64,000 nt of DNA from Paecilomyces variotii. Lineage: Eukaryota. Below, in pieces: positions 50,227-64,000 of this stretch. Position 1 is the first letter of the stretch, and every line of letters begins with the position of its first letter. Below the pieces are notes generated by a model. That model did not search any database and was not told the origin of the DNA. It was given only the letters and a program-made list of their open reading frames with translations. The stretch lies in assembly GCA_004022145.1 (NCBI GenBank), contig RCNU01000005.1. One strand, given 5' to 3'. Position numbers and translations under genes: made by a program.

Positions 50227-51832
50227 GGATACTGATGAGCAACATTTTCTCCTTTTCTTCGAGCCTTGTCTTCTTTCAAATATTGCGTCTTCCGGCGCCC
50301 CATGTGTACTTTCGGGTGGTGCAGTGGCTGGTTGAGTCGCAGCCCTCACTTTGTGGAATGATTCTATTCAGTTTCAAAATCTTTATACTATCGTCTTCCT
50401 TTCGAACATAATCGGCTTGCGACATAATGCCATGGATGTCCTTGATGGTTATTTAATGGATGGGCTATAGCTACACTTCTCTTCTGTTGTCACACTCTTG
50501 TGCTGTACATACGCCAGTCTTGCCAGTCTTTGGCGACGGCATGCTTCCAAGAATTATGATATTATCAGTTTAACGAAATACATAATAGCAGACATGTCAC
50601 GCGGATTCTGACGAGGTTTCGATGGCTCCTACAGTTAATAGATAGGTAGCAGGTACTGGCCAGGTAAATCATCGCCAACATCTAATACGCTCGACAAAGA
50701 TCGCTCAACCGATTATCAATGCACGGCAGCCAAACACTGACCGATAATGCAAGATCCATATGCTGTTATGTGCGGGTATCTATTTCCTTCGAGAAAAATC
50801 CTCGTTCTTAACTTCCATGTTTTCTCTTTGCACCCTCCTAACCTAATTACTCTCATCTACGTAAATCGTTATCAGACTATAAACCAACCCACCAATCGCT
50901 CCATCTTTTTCTTTTACCCGTCCTCTTCCGCTCGTCAGCGCTAGGAGGGACTATGTATGACCTTTCCCATCACATGCTGTGGAAAAAGATATTGCCGCAT
51001 GCTCAATTTATTTTCTCCGATTGACAGTGTCGTCATTCGTTATTTCATGCATGTTAGACATATCGGTATCACTCAGACTGGAGAAATGAAGTTCGATTTA
51101 GTATCGGGATTAGAATTGGGAATTACGACTCCATTAATTAGATGAGATTATTATATACCTATTATATTGCATATATATAATGTCTGAATAATTATATACG
51201 TAGCTCCTGATTATTCAAGTGTCGCTGCTCGCAGGAATTCTGACTCGAGCTCGGCTAGTATCTTGTTGGCACCACATATCAACTTATGACAGGAACCTTT
51301 GTTCTTTATTGCTGTCCCGGCTAATATGGCAATATTCGGATTTTGCCCTCAAAGAAGGTAGATCGGGAGCATCCCAGCTCTCGGTCGGTAAAGTGAGTCG
51401 GGATTGAAGATGTAGTTTTTACAGTAGCAACAAACCCGACTATCGTATGATGAGGTGATGGCTGCGTCACGGATCGATGAGCATACGGTCTGTTCTGTGA
51501 CTGTTGCATATTGTGATTTTCATGCTGAAAATATGATAGGATAGGAGTTTTGGTCCCCTTGCTCAAGAGGTAAACGGGCGTTTTGTTGTATGATCTCCTG
51601 AGGTGTAGGATCTATAAATGGGCTACTTACAGCGATCTGAGTATGATAAAGTTCTTTGACTAAGTTTGATATTATTTTCGGCTGACTTCTATTTTTCAGC
51701 TCTCGATCCCGAATTTTGTGATACTTCATCGAAAACGGGGACGATATCCATTCCATTTCATTTTCTTCTATACTACCTACTTACCTACCTACCTACCGAA
51801 ACTGACCAACTCCTTCCTACCCGCATATCGCA

Positions 51833-52750
51833 ATGGTATACAACATCACGGAAAAGGAAACCCAACCCACGGTCTGGAACCACCTCAACGGCTCCCCTGA
51901 CGAGATCCTTGACCGATACTGCGTCTCGGAACTATGTAAAGGATGGCCCGTCTATCGGGATGCGTCGGAGTGGAAGAATTTCCGCGATTTATTCGCTGAT
52001 AAGGGAGCGTTTATTTTTACGAGTACGTTGCATGTTCTACGTCTACGTCTGTTTCTATGTCTCCATCTTTAGGATAAAATAACGTATACGTATACGTATA
52101 TATATACGTATGTATCTGAATGAAGTACTTACTAACTAACTCCATCAGCATGGAGTGGCGGACTCCTCATCGACGACTTCATCGATGTATCCAAAAAAGG
52201 CCGCGCGGCAGGCGATTTCATCATGCATCGTGAGAACGGCACCCTCGTGGACTTGAACCCAGTCACAAACCGTGCTGTCGGAAAGATGAAAGTCACCATC
52301 ACACAACGGTTCACAGTTCCGGACCATTCCTCACCCTCTCCCTCCTCCAACAATACAATAACTTTCGACGTCGAATGTGACTGCCGCTTCATATTCTTCT
52401 GCAAAAAAACCATCTCTGGCTCTGCGCCCGATCATAGCACCGAATGGAAGATCCAATATAATAAGAACTTTTACGAAAAAGATCGTCTCGTCCCTGTATC
52501 TCGGGACGGAAAAGCAAGTACTGTCCTGCCGCAGTTCAGTGAAGAGGAGCTGGAAAAGTTTCCTGAGGGGTATAGGTATTTGGGCCTTGCGCAGGAGAAG
52601 TTTGGGGGACATGAGGTTTTGAAGGATTTGCCGACTATGAGGGATGATGAGGCGTTTAGGGGGTTGACGAGGGCGATGGATATGTGGTTGCGGGCGGAAA
52701 AGGTGGGGAGTGTTTTGGGGGTGTCGGAGGGGGCTGGGGTGGAATTTTGA
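51833..52750 (+). CDS. NTF2/SnoaL-like fold protein, pea pathogenicity protein 2 (PEP2)-like, 2 exons
   Basis: [73 protein letters not shown]; intron 52023-52148. Confidence 0.75.
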
Positions 52751-53067
52751 GAGTTTTTTTTTTTTCTTTCTGTCTCTTGGATTTTCCAAATCCTTGGGAA
52801 GGATGATGATGATGATGATGAGGTGCTGTGTTACGATGTTTTGCGAGATGATGATAGCTGTATTAGTGAACAGTTGGTTTATTAGCTTGGCAGTACCAGT
52901 AGGCTCGAGTTATTTTTATCAAAACTCTCGTTTCCTTGTAAGATCTATCTTCGTAACTGTGGAACATCCTCACAGAGAGAAAAGCTATAGCTGCGTGTGA
53001 GAATAGATATATGAAGTTGTATACATGGATGATGGAACTAGCTTGGATTCGTACTGGCCGCCATCGC

Positions 53068-53077
53068 GTCACGTGAC
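53068..53077. promoter_or_regulatory. Palindromic E-box GTCACGTGAC (Cbf1-type bHLH site) upstream of cdc73
   Basis: Exact palindrome ~165 bp upstream of the ATG at 53241. Confidence 0.4.
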
Positions 53078-53240
53078 ATCCCCGGGACATTCAACATCTC
53101 AGCTTCATTCACGACTGCTATTGAGCTGATCCGCCCAGCTCTCGATCCACACCGCTCCAGCACAGTTTGCCTTCAGCTTGTCGAGAGCTGCACGGCCTCC
53201 CAAGTGTTTCACACCGTTGCCACGAGAAACGATCGCACTC

Positions 53241-54722
53241 ATGGCTACTGTCGACCCTGCGCTGCAGGATCCCCTTCTCGCGCTCCGCCGGGCCATCGCA
53301 GCATCCAGCCTACCGACTCCGACGACCTCTGCGGATCTCTCTGCTGAGAATGCAACCGAGGACCTGGCGCAGGCGACTCATCTCTACTTCGCCCAGCCCA
53401 TACCGCAGTCGCTTCCGCTGTCGACGCCGACGCGCTTCGTTTCCGCGAACGCCAACAAGGCTGTCGACCTGCGCAGCATCTTCTTTGCCTGGTTGAAGAA
53501 AGATGTCGCCATTCCCGAGTACATCGCGTCGGCGCAAGAGTTGAACGACGCGCTGAAGAAAAAGGAAGGGGCAGAAGAGGAGCAAGTTCAGAATCTGGTC
53601 TTCGTCGAGCGGTTGGATCTCATCACTTGGCTCGAAGGTGCCTCTGATGAGAGCGAGTATATCAAGCCTCTTGAGGGCGTTGCGGCGGCCGCTGCGCAGG
53701 GAGCAGATGCATCGGCCAATGTCGCATCAGGCGCGGCTGGTGGTGTACCGACTGTTCCCAGTGGAGGTGCCGGAGGCGCGGTGCCTGCTACGGGGCCGCA
53801 GACAGGGAAGTTGACAAAGATCATTGATCCGCGGTTGCAGGAGATCTATAATGGGGAGAGGAAGATGGGTGATCGGAACACGGTGTTACGAGGGATCAAG
53901 TCAACGGTACGTGGTATCTAGGTGATGCTGGAAAGCCAATGACGAGATAAAAACTAACAATGGGATGAATTAAAGGACTTTTCGCATGTTCGAAAGGTAG
54001 CAGAATCATTCCTCGGCCGCAACCGTTCGAGAAGCCAATATCCTCCTGGCGTCAAGCCTGGTACAAAGGCGCCTATTCCCGCGCCATCTGCAGGACTTCC
54101 CCTTACAAAGAAGCCCGGTCTGCCTGGACCTTCTTCTTCGCGCCGTCCCGACCCGATCATTCTCCTCTCGCCTTCTGCCTCCTCCCTCATCCGCATGTCA
54201 AACATCAAATCCTTCCTCCAGGACGGTGTGTTCATACCACCAGACCACCCATCCGTGGCCACGTCTACTCCCTCGAACATCCTTCACATCACCCGTCCAC
54301 TGCGCATTCTATCAGACCCGAACCCCGCGGCCGCTGGACCGATCGGTTCGAACACCGGAGCAAAGAAGCCCACGCGTTTCATTCTGGTGGACAGCACGTC
54401 CAACTTCAAGCCGGACTATTGGCAACGTCTTGTCGCTGTCTTCACGACCGGCCAGACATGGCAGTTCAAGTCATACAAGTGGTCTTCGCCTCCTGAGCTG
54501 TTCAAGCACGCGACGGGTATCTACGTCGGCTGGAGAGGAGAAGACGTGCCCCGCGAAGTGAAGGGATGGGGTCGCGGCGTCAAGAGCTTCGCTGTGGAGC
54601 GATGGGACGAAAAGGGCGGAGTCCACGGAACTGGCCGTTGGAGAGACCGGGAAATCGTAGAAGGTGTATGGACAGCGATCGAAGAAGGCATGCGAGCGAG
54701 AGGATGGGGAACAACGAAATGA
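53241..54722 (+). CDS. cdc73: Paf1 complex subunit Cdc73 (parafibromin), 2 exons
   Basis: DPLLALR, FVERLDLITWLEG, VLRGIKST|DFSHVRK, DPIILLSPSASSLI, YWQRLVAVFTTGQTWQFKSYKW; intron 53907-53975. Confidence 0.93.
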
Positions 54723-56558
54723 TCAGAAGCAACTTGTCCTGTTATATCTTTCCTCCGATCGATCCACGCGTACGAGTTTCCCCTCACGGCCTGTTTTCCC
54801 TTCTTTTTTCTACTAGTTCCTGGAGGATCGGGGATATGACTCTCGAACACATACATACATACATATACCTCTTTTCCCCTCCCTAATCCTTCTTCTACCC
54901 CACCATCCTTTTTCATTTCCCACCGAAACAAGAAGGAGGAGAAAGATAAAATCGGTTCATATTCAATCATCATCAGCTGGCGTTGTTGGGAAACGGTGCA
55001 AAAAATTCTTACCATGGAGTTCGCCCTTTTCTTTTTCTTTTGTTTTTTTCCCCCTTTTCATTCCTATTATTACTTATGTACTTCTGTATAGATAGAGAGA
55101 GAAGAACAAACATTTTCCCTACTATTCTCTTGATCGCATTCCATTACTCTTTTTTTCTCGCTTGGTTACTTTCATAGAACGCAGATGTTGATATGTACGT
55201 AGGTAGGTAAGGGAAGTAGAATAGCAGTTATAACACAAGCGAGCGAGTAATTCTGAAAATATTTGTCAAAGTACTGTAGTTAGTATACTGTACTAGCTGG
55301 ACTCTGATTCGTTAGGGTCCATATGAGATTGGGTTTGTTTTAACTACCATATATATAGCTAAGACTGACGTGTAGTGTAGGGCTGAATGAAGATCATGAT
55401 GGATGGAACCGAACCAAACCGGCTAGCTAACTTAGCTCTTTTGGTTAGTATCTATAACCTGTTTTCTGGGGTCTGGGTTTCGGTGGCGAAATTTTTTTTT
55501 TTTTTTCCTAAGGCGAGCTTTGATCTTATGTATTAATGCGAACTAATTACTTGTGTTAATCCCATTATGATCATTATCGAGGAGCTTATGTTGGGAATGA
55601 CCATCGCGTTGTGATATAACAGTATTACCCATAGGATCGAATATGGATGGATATACATACATCGAACTGAGTTCTACGGCGTACTAAATGTTACTCGTAC
55701 CGGAGTATTGAGGACCAAGCGTTATATTCATATAAGTGCAGTCGTCGAAAAGGACAGATGAGTTCGGTTTAGAAAAAAAAAAGAAAAAGTTACAAAGACA
55801 TAGACACAGATAATCGTACTCGCTGTCAACCCAATGCAATGTGTGTAAACGTAGGGTTCTCGCAATACAGATCGGGAATCAGTGATGCTAAGCATATATG
55901 AATGGAACAGAACAAAGGGAAAAAGAAAAAAACAGAAGAAATTTATGCCGCGGAAATTTCAAGAAATGCAAACTCCTTCCCAATGCTTGTAAAGATATCC
56001 GCGGCTAATTCTATCCCCTTCCTGAATAAAACATGACGTGTTCTCTTTCTTAGTTCAAACCATGCCTATCGTATGATTCGTAGGGGATAAGGAAATTCGT
56101 AGCGTCCCTCGTCTCCGGGCGGGCTGAATCCGTGGTGACAAGATTAAACTCATAGTGATGCGTAATAAAAAGGAAGAGAGACAACAATCATTAGAAAGGA
56201 ATGAGCGGTGCAAAATAGCAGAACCGGCACGGTAGGGGGTAACTGAGTGGAGTTAAGAGGCACATCGCTGTCTTGAGAAGCCGCCAAGTTTCATCCAATC
56301 GATAAGAACCTAGACAGCTTCTCATTTTGCCCCCCTGGAAACGTTCGCCGAGAATAGCCCGCCGAAGTGTGAATAGTTGGCGATCCTACTATAAGTCGCC
56401 ACAGCAGGATAAACAGATCTAGAACTTCGTATTGAACAAGGATCTCGGCCGGCAGGAAAGAACTCAGGCGAATTCACGCGTATCAAGGCATATGCTGCTG
56501 AGAACAAACTGTCTCATGGATGACCCGAATGGTGGACCGTGTACCCGTGCGGATTTCC

Positions 56559-58941
56559 CTACGAGGGCTTGACCGAACGACTCATGGACCTCTCCGGGAT
56601 TGGAGCAGGAGTAGGCGAATAAGACCGACCGTTTCCGCCGATATCCAAATCATGTTCCTGCAAAACAACGGCGTACTTCGGGTCACGAAGGAACTTCGGC
56701 ACCGAGTCCTGTCAAAAAGGGAGAAATTAGTTGAAGTCCGCTGATGAGGAACAAACAGGTACTTACACTCGACATCAGTTTGAACACAGAGGTCTGTGCA
56801 AGCTCGAACAGATGCACGACTTCCTGCAAGCTGTTCAACATAGACTCGTCATCACCAACAGCCTTGGTCATCCGGCTGGCGAGGCTATTCCTCAGAGCAT
56901 GTTCAATGTTCAGCTCGCAAGGCGAACCGGGTGCCAAGAAAGCATTGTAAAGTCCTGATAATCGTTAGCAGGGGGAGATTTCTTAGATAGAAAGCAAAAC
57001 AGGGTTAACTCACCATACGCAGATGCAAGTGTCTCTCGAACCGCATCGATGTTGTTGAACGCACCCGCTTTCTCTGCTCTGTGGTAGTTTGCGGTGAATT
57101 CCGAGACATCAACGTAGAAAGACAGATTCTCCTCGCACAGCGAGTACCGGAGGAATTCACGGAAGAGCAATCTTAAAGCTGGGTCCTGCAAGATATGGTT
57201 CAAGCGCGCATTGTTGGAGTCCCGAGGCGCATTTCTGCTTTCAAAGTTGGCAGGTGGCTTGTCCCGAGCAATCCATCCACAGACACGCTGGCCACGCTCG
57301 GAAACACCGTAGATCGCGTACTTTGTGGGCTGGAAAACTGAAGACACGGGGTCCTGAAGAACGTAATTCTTATCCTCCTGATATGGAAGCATCAATCCAT
57401 ATTTGACAAAGAGCTCAGCAATGGAGCATGCCTCTCGTCGGTCGATGGTAGTAGAGCAGTCCATAAGCCAATCGATCGCCGCTTTTCCTGTGAAGGTGTT
57501 CTGGTAGATCTTGTCGCCAACTCTTCTTTCCTTTGCCATCTTAACACCGACAAGTCCGTTGGCATACTCGGTGACAGAATCCGAATCTGAGGAGGAAGTA
57601 CTGTTCTTGATGTTGGGACCATCCTGACCCATAAAGCGGCGGAATATGACTTCAATCGTACCTCTATCCGAAGAGATCTTATCGCTTTCCGTATCACGCT
57701 CCAGAGTAACCAGTTGCATCGTGTTGCGTGGGGACTCAAGGACGTCGATCACGTGCCTTGCCGTGATACCATTTCGCTGGCAGAAGCGCTGCAGGATGTT
57801 GATCCCCTTTGGCGTGAGCTGGAAGAGAGCCCCCTTCATAGGGAAATACGAGATGTTGCGTCCATCGACCGGTTCGATAAAACGGGCATCAACGAATCTC
57901 TGGCACACAGAACGAGCCATCTCCTTGGCCATAGAAAAAGTTGTTGTGGTCGTTGTGGTAACGATCCGTGAGGGGTCCTTGGGATCAGGCATCCGGTTTG
58001 ATTGCGAGAATTTGAGTGACCCCAGATTATTAATGGCCTCCTCAGAGGTAAATGAGTGATCAAACTTGGTGAATCGCACACGGTGCGAATCCAGTTTCAA
58101 GCTGACCATCAAGGTCGAGAACAGGTCCTTAAAATCCTGTCGACAAGTCAGTATCAATCAATGCGAAATGGGAGACTGGCAATTATGCAAAGCAGCAGCG
58201 GGAGATCATTACCTTCGTGTACGGCCGCTCCTCCTCCGTCATCCTCAACAACCTGGACGATGTCTGATGCATCTTGTTTGACGGTCTCCCCGGCGGGGTC
58301 TCTACTTGGGACGGAGGTAATTGTTCGGAATTCCGAGCGATGCGATTGAGCGTGCCCCGGCGCCGTAAAGCTGGGTTTGAGGTCGCTTCTAGAGCGAGAG
58401 ATGGCGATGATGAACGAGATGCGACCTCCGGGACGTCGGTGCGCGTGGACTGCTCGGAGCGACGAGGCTGGTCTGTCTCGGGTCTGTCGCTATGGAACAA
58501 TTGCTCGTTGCTGCTGGATCTGCTGCCCGACAGAGATGGGCTGAGAGCAGGCGATCCGCTGGACGCGTGGGATTGCTTGTAGCTATGTCTCGACAGGCTC
58601 CCAGAGGACGTCGGAGAGCGCAGAGAAGAACCGGAGTTGAGACCGATGGAAGCAAGAGTCGCTATCGTTTTCTCACGCGCAAGAACCGCGAAGGATCGTC
58701 GACTACCCTTCGAGATCGAGCCTGTCGCAGAAGGCGGCAGAGTGGTTGATGTTGATTTGGAGAAGTCTGGACCAAGATCTACAGGGGGTAAAGTAATTTG
58801 AGATGGTACAGCTGAGGATGATTCGGGGGATATTGTTGTCATTGAACCCGAATCAGGTGCAGAGGGACCAGCGGCTGCAGTTGTGGGAGCGGGAGAAATA
58901 ACACCAGGAACGGCCGCAGTGGAGGAGGCTGTATCCGTCAT
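56559..58941 (-). CDS. flbA: Regulator of G-protein signalling FlbA (two DEP domains + RGS), 4 exons
   Basis: MHQTSSRLLRMT, DFKDLFSTL, FTSEEAINNLGSLKFSQSNRMPDPKDPSRIVTTTTTTTFSMAKEMARS, LRLLFREFL, CEENLSFY, FKLMSS|DSVPKF; stop at 56559-56561. Confidence 0.96.
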
Positions 58942-61089
58942 GTAGTTAGTTAGTTGCAGGGCAAATTATCAGACTGGGCGTCCTTGTACTGTTGGGAATC
59001 TCCGTACACGGGTCCCAGGCTAGAGGATAGTAATTGCTAGGGTCTGCCTGTCATCGACGGCCCACCCAGAAGCACGAGTCAGACCGGGGTCGCATGCAAG
59101 AGACAACGTGGGACGCCGTCTTTTCTGCTAGACCTTTTCCGCCTTGAATTCCCGTGGGCCTTTTGGTGGCTGCGGTGGTGCTCTCTTTGGAATTTGGCAC
59201 CGCTGGCCAATGGGGGTCGGCGTCTCCGTGACAAAACGTCGGGGGGCCGAAGATCTCTAGGGGCGATCCAAGAGACCGCGCGAACAAGGAGTCCTAACAC
59301 GCCGGAGACAGAGGCCAGCGGCTTAGGGCCGATGAGGGCGCCGGAGAAAGAGTAAGCGACTGAAGATTTGGGCGGAAGTACAGGCTTGGCTCCCTTTCTA
59401 GGTATCGCGAGGTGGATCGCTTGAAACCGAAATCGTCGGATGATCAGCAGAATTGGGCCGCACAAGGTTTGACCAGATAGCAAAGAAGTCCTGGCGATCC
59501 AGGGTACGCAGGCGTGCGATGAGATAATAATCGCAGCAAGACTGACGACGGGGGATGACAATGATGCGGAATCTCGGGAAAATCAGATCCTGATACTACC
59601 ATAGATAGACCGGCTCGCACCGGAATGAGAGGTAAATACCTCTTGCTGACCAGCCTGCCTTTCAGGTAATAATGGATAGATAGACCGCGGCTCTTTGATG
59701 CACAGCGGGAATGCTGACTGGCGTCCCTTTTTTTTTTTCCCCCTCTGAACCCGGGCGAAACGTGGTCGCGGAGGACACAGTGGGTTCGGGTTGTGGTTCA
59801 GGCCTAGGGCCGGCAGTTGGGCCGCCCAGAGAGGGGGGGCGAGAACGAGGAATCTGGACAGCGAAGAACCGCTTCCCAGGCTAGAATCACCGTCACCGCC
59901 AGAACGAAGCACAGATCGTCCAGGTCGAGTCGAGTCTCGTTCACCGCAACCAGCAGAATGATTCAGTGGTGATGTTGGGGGCAGGGGAGGAGCGGTCTTT
60001 GCAGCCCCGGCTCTCACGTACAGAGAGAGCTATCTACCTACCCAGGACTCCGGATCTTGAGGGGGATGAGCAATGATCGTCCGGGCGACGACAGCAACGC
60101 ACGTGGGATCCTGGCCAGGAGATTGAGAGCTCGGATGGCGCGGCAAGACAGAGATTAGAGTAGTTAAGCTGCTGTGGGACTGCCTGGGGCGATCTAGCGG
60201 GCAATCAAAGCTCCCAGTTGCCAACCGTAAATAATAATGATAATAATAATCATGCAGGACCACGAAGATAAGCCACGGAGCCGTCAGGGTGAGATGGAAA
60301 TTGGAACAGACAAAACCAAGAACGGTTCCCAGGAGGTGGATGAATTGAGGATCGCAAACGGCAAAAACCACTGGAAAGATTGCTGGGACGGAACGGCCTA
60401 GCGGTGGATCCGGCGGAAGATGGCGACAGCTTGACTGACTCGTGGTTTGATATCGTGCTGTGAGCCTTAGCCTGGATAGTAGAATAATGCCGCGACGACC
60501 TTCACTAGCCCCCGATCCACGTTATTAAATCCCGGCTCCACGTGCGCCCACGTGGTGAGTCTTAGCTGCTGGATGCTTTTTTTCTGGCTGTTTGGCTGTT
60601 CCGGCCCCTTTTTCTGGGCGTCTCTGCCAATAACGAGCACGCCAGTTTCGACTAGATATGTCTCTGATCTCGGAGAATTATTATTATTCTTATTGTCCTC
60701 TGCTCTCGACAAACTTAGATCGAGTTGAGAAGGCTGCTTTGCTTGATGACCGTCCTCACAACTAATTGTGCGAGCCGTTGTGCTGCGCGAGGTGGGGGAT
60801 CATCAGCAGTGGAGTATAGTCGAGTTGAAAGCCGTCTGACGCTCAGCCTCAGCACGGTCTCCTGTTTAGGCTGAATCAGGAGAGGATGAAATCGCGCGGC
60901 TGAGAGAGGCAGGACGTGTTTATTTTTCTCAGATCTGGTACGATGGGGGGAGCGAGAGGTTGCCAAGCTTATCGCGGTGCTCCAGGGTCTTTGGGACGAT
61001 AGTTAGCCTCGATGACTCTAGAAAGTAGAAGGCTAGAAGCAGCAGAACCGAGGTTATCCCTGCCGGCACCGAGAAGTGGATAATCATAG

Positions 61090-61113
61090 GATGATGATGA
61101 TGATGATGATGAT
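61090..61113. repeat. (GAT)8 microsatellite
   Basis: Read directly from the sequence. Confidence 0.9.
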
Positions 61114-62843
61114 GGAGATTCTGTTGTTAGACTTCAATGATCGTCAAAAACTCCGACAGTGACGAAGAATCAGGCGGTGAGAGCGGGCCAATCACCGCCC
61201 CAGGCAGTTGGGATGTCTATCTAGCAAAGAGAATGATAGAAGATTCACTCGCAGTGATGGTCTCTCCATGTGCCATAATTGCAAACTGAACCAATAATGC
61301 TTGCATAGATGCTGTGATGCTGTGAGACAATGAGGCAAGAAAACGGTCAATCGGCTGGGATCTGCACCAGAGCTGGCTGCACATCCCCCGCTGTTTGATG
61401 CAGGCAGCTTACCGTTCAGACAGTCATCATCACAATTCCTTTCCTTTTTTTGCATAGTGGGTGATAATCACACTGCATCCACTATGATTATGATTATTAT
61501 TATGATCCCTGTCGCCATGAGCTTAAGCCACATGGCGCTCATGCTCTGTGCTATGTAGCACCTGGTGGTTTAGTATTTTTATTTTTCAAATATGCTTTTG
61601 CCGGGAGATAACTAGTGGTAGTTAGTAGTACAGTACCAGACTAGCAGGGCCCTCGCTCGTCACATCGGGGAGAACTAACCATCTAGTCTAGCTGGGATTG
61701 TTTGAGATCGATGTGAAAGATTCAAAGTGAAGGAGTTGACCTGTCATACAGACCCCAAGGGCCAATAATTTGTACAGTTGAAAAGATAACAACAACAGTA
61801 ATCATATTAATCTTGTCTGGTTCCCTTGGCCGTGTCCCGTGACTTCTGCAAAGAGCTTCATCCTCGTCTGCCCGCAACAACCCACGTCCATCGGAGAACC
61901 TCGACTTCCATCTACGTTGAGTCTGGCTCAACAGTCTAGTCAACGTCAAAACGCATCGAAACTGACGAGCGAATCATGCAGGTTTACCCGACTGATTAGC
62001 CTGTTCTCCTGCCAAGCTTCTAGAAGGCTTGACTTGACGCTTCGTATCATCATTACTCTTACTCGTCTCATCCTCTGAAACGCAACAACAGCAACTGCGG
62101 GCCCATCATCAAAAGAAAAAAGTCGGATCTCGAGCCTCAGTAATATGGACTACTCTCCCAGGCCATTTTGACCGTCACCGCAATTCCCGTCCTTGGCCGC
62201 AATAGCTGCCATTCTCAGATAACTATCTTGAGACCTGACAGGTATTGAGTACTATCAAGAACAGAGCTTGGCTGTCGAGAGGCTCGCTTACTGAAACAAC
62301 TAATATAGGGAGCACTGCTGCATACAGAACTGTTTAACCATGTGAGCTTGCCGAGCGTACCTGGTTACCTGGTACGAGTGACACTTTCTTCATTATCGGC
62401 GGTTTTCGGGCCTCGCTACAAGATCCCTAACGGGACATTGCCGATTGACACGCCAAGAGTTGCCACCATATTGCGGAGGTTATTACATACTCAAATGCAT
62501 GTTATTACTTAATGATCCAACTACTGATTAGGTCAAGCTTTCAGCATCAACTAACTATTCATACTTGAGCCGTTTCTGACCCTCAGATCGCCTCTATATA
62601 TCTCCACAATAATTCAGACGGGCGACAGAAAGAACATACGTGTCGAATCCATACCTTTCACCACGGCGCGCGTTGCCCTTAGCAGGACACCTCGATGTGG
62701 TTAGTCGCTTCGATATATGTGTAGCAATCGGGAATGATGCTTTATGCGTCTGTGCAGTACAGGTTACAAGCCATCAGTATTACACAGGTTCATTATTATT
62801 GGTAGGGGTGCACGCCCGGCCTGAAACAACCTCGGCCTTCAAC

Positions 62844-62859
62844 TACGGAGTACTCCGTA
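62844..62859. other. Perfect 16-bp palindrome TACGGAGTACTCCGTA
   Basis: Read directly; a related TACTCCGTA copy lies at 37267-37275. Confidence 0.7.
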
Positions 62860-64000
62860 CCTCAGGCGCCCAATTCTCCCGTTTCCAAGCTCGAAGGGCG
62901 CTTAATGACAGTCGATGAGACATCCCCTGGCAACCTTGGAAGTTCATGATCCACAGCTTCTAGAAGCGGCAGAACGTTCGGCAAACTCCGTAACTTCTCG
63001 TATAGTTACGTGGAACCCGTCAAATAATACTCCGGTCTCGGGCGAGGCGAAAAAAGCGAGGGCATTGCTCCGTGCTGGTACATATCGCCACCATGGAAAT
63101 GGGAGATAATGAGGGGCCACGGAAAAAGAAAAAGGTTCGTACCCCCATAATTCGCACTAGTGGGATGATGGGACGGGACCCCGAGCCGCTAGAAGAACCG
63201 TAGAAGGTGGAAGATGGATTTCTCTGGCCTTGGGAACGGGCCAGGCGTGACAGGGCGGCAGCGACATTCATCTGCTGTTTTTTCACTGTGGTATATTGGA
63301 AATTCCTGCTTCCCGGGTCTGGTTACCGATTACGACAAACGCCATAAGTTGCAGATGCAACGAAATACGGAATGCGCCTACAAACTGAATCCACCTCAAA
63401 GCAGTGTTCATCTGGTTAGGACGCCCGCAAAGCGACAAATCTGTTTCAGTTCGACGACGTTCAGCTTCAACTAGCATCATAACATGATTACCGTGTGTGA
63501 GACAGTAGTAAGCTACCATACAGGCGCATCTTTAGGTATGGAGGATAGCGTCAGGGACACGTGTCATGGACAAGATCGAGTTCCTTAATCCAAGGTCGAA
63601 GCTAAAGCGTCCGGTTTTATTTGACCTGAGAAAGCACAGGCAAATGGTGCGGAACAGGGATCAATAATCATATTGAACCATAAGATGATCGGTGAAGGGA
63701 TTTCCCTTGCAGCGTGGATCATAGCCAACGATCCTTCACCTGCAATGTTGGACTAGCAGTAACGGTCAACGGCGTGTCTCAACGGCTTTTTATGAGAAGT
63801 TAACGGTTCTATATGCGCCGTTAACTGTTCATAAAAAGCCTTGTGAACCTCGATGAGATGTTCGGAAACAATTAGCGACGAGGTGGTGCGACTGCGCCTA
63901 TGGAGCATATCTTCAACTAAATGCTGCTCGCAGCTTTCCTCTCGAGAGCACAGGCGATCGGATTGTCGCTCTCTTTCGAGGTTTTGCTGAAACAGCTCCC

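Noticed and set aside
59051-63519. Numerous 60-160 aa ORFs upstream of flbA
   Set aside because: No motifs, codon bias or consistent splice structure; expected by chance
1-64000. CRISPR arrays, tRNA or rRNA genes
   Set aside because: No repeat-spacer arrays or recognisable RNA gene structures seen by eye; tRNAscan-SE/Infernal would be needed to exclude small RNAs

Overview
Eukaryotic, intron-containing DNA from a filamentous ascomycete; gene content and order look Eurotiales-like (inference). About 19 protein-coding genes; no rRNA, tRNA, CRISPR or intact mobile element was recognised. A conserved housekeeping backbone (alpha-1,3-glucan synthase, leu1/luA, ALG7, SEH1, Set3-like, CDC73, flbA) is interrupted between leu1 and ALG7 by a ~24 kb, 10-gene block. 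The block holds a Baeyer-Villiger/FMO monooxygenase, a Bor1-type anion exchanger, an atypical SET protein, two NtaA/SnaA/DszA-family monooxygenases, an MDR oxidoreductase, a Mup-type permease, an AsaB/CmcJ-like oxygenase and two MFS transporters. Its five soluble redox enzymes are depleted in Cys and Met (one has 0 Cys and 3 Met in 489 aa), and several promoters carry CYS-3/MetR-like elements. The best candidate for an undescribed system is therefore a clustered organosulfur-scavenging (sulfur-starvation) pathway. Exon boundaries and residue counts were read by hand; functions are family-level inferences.
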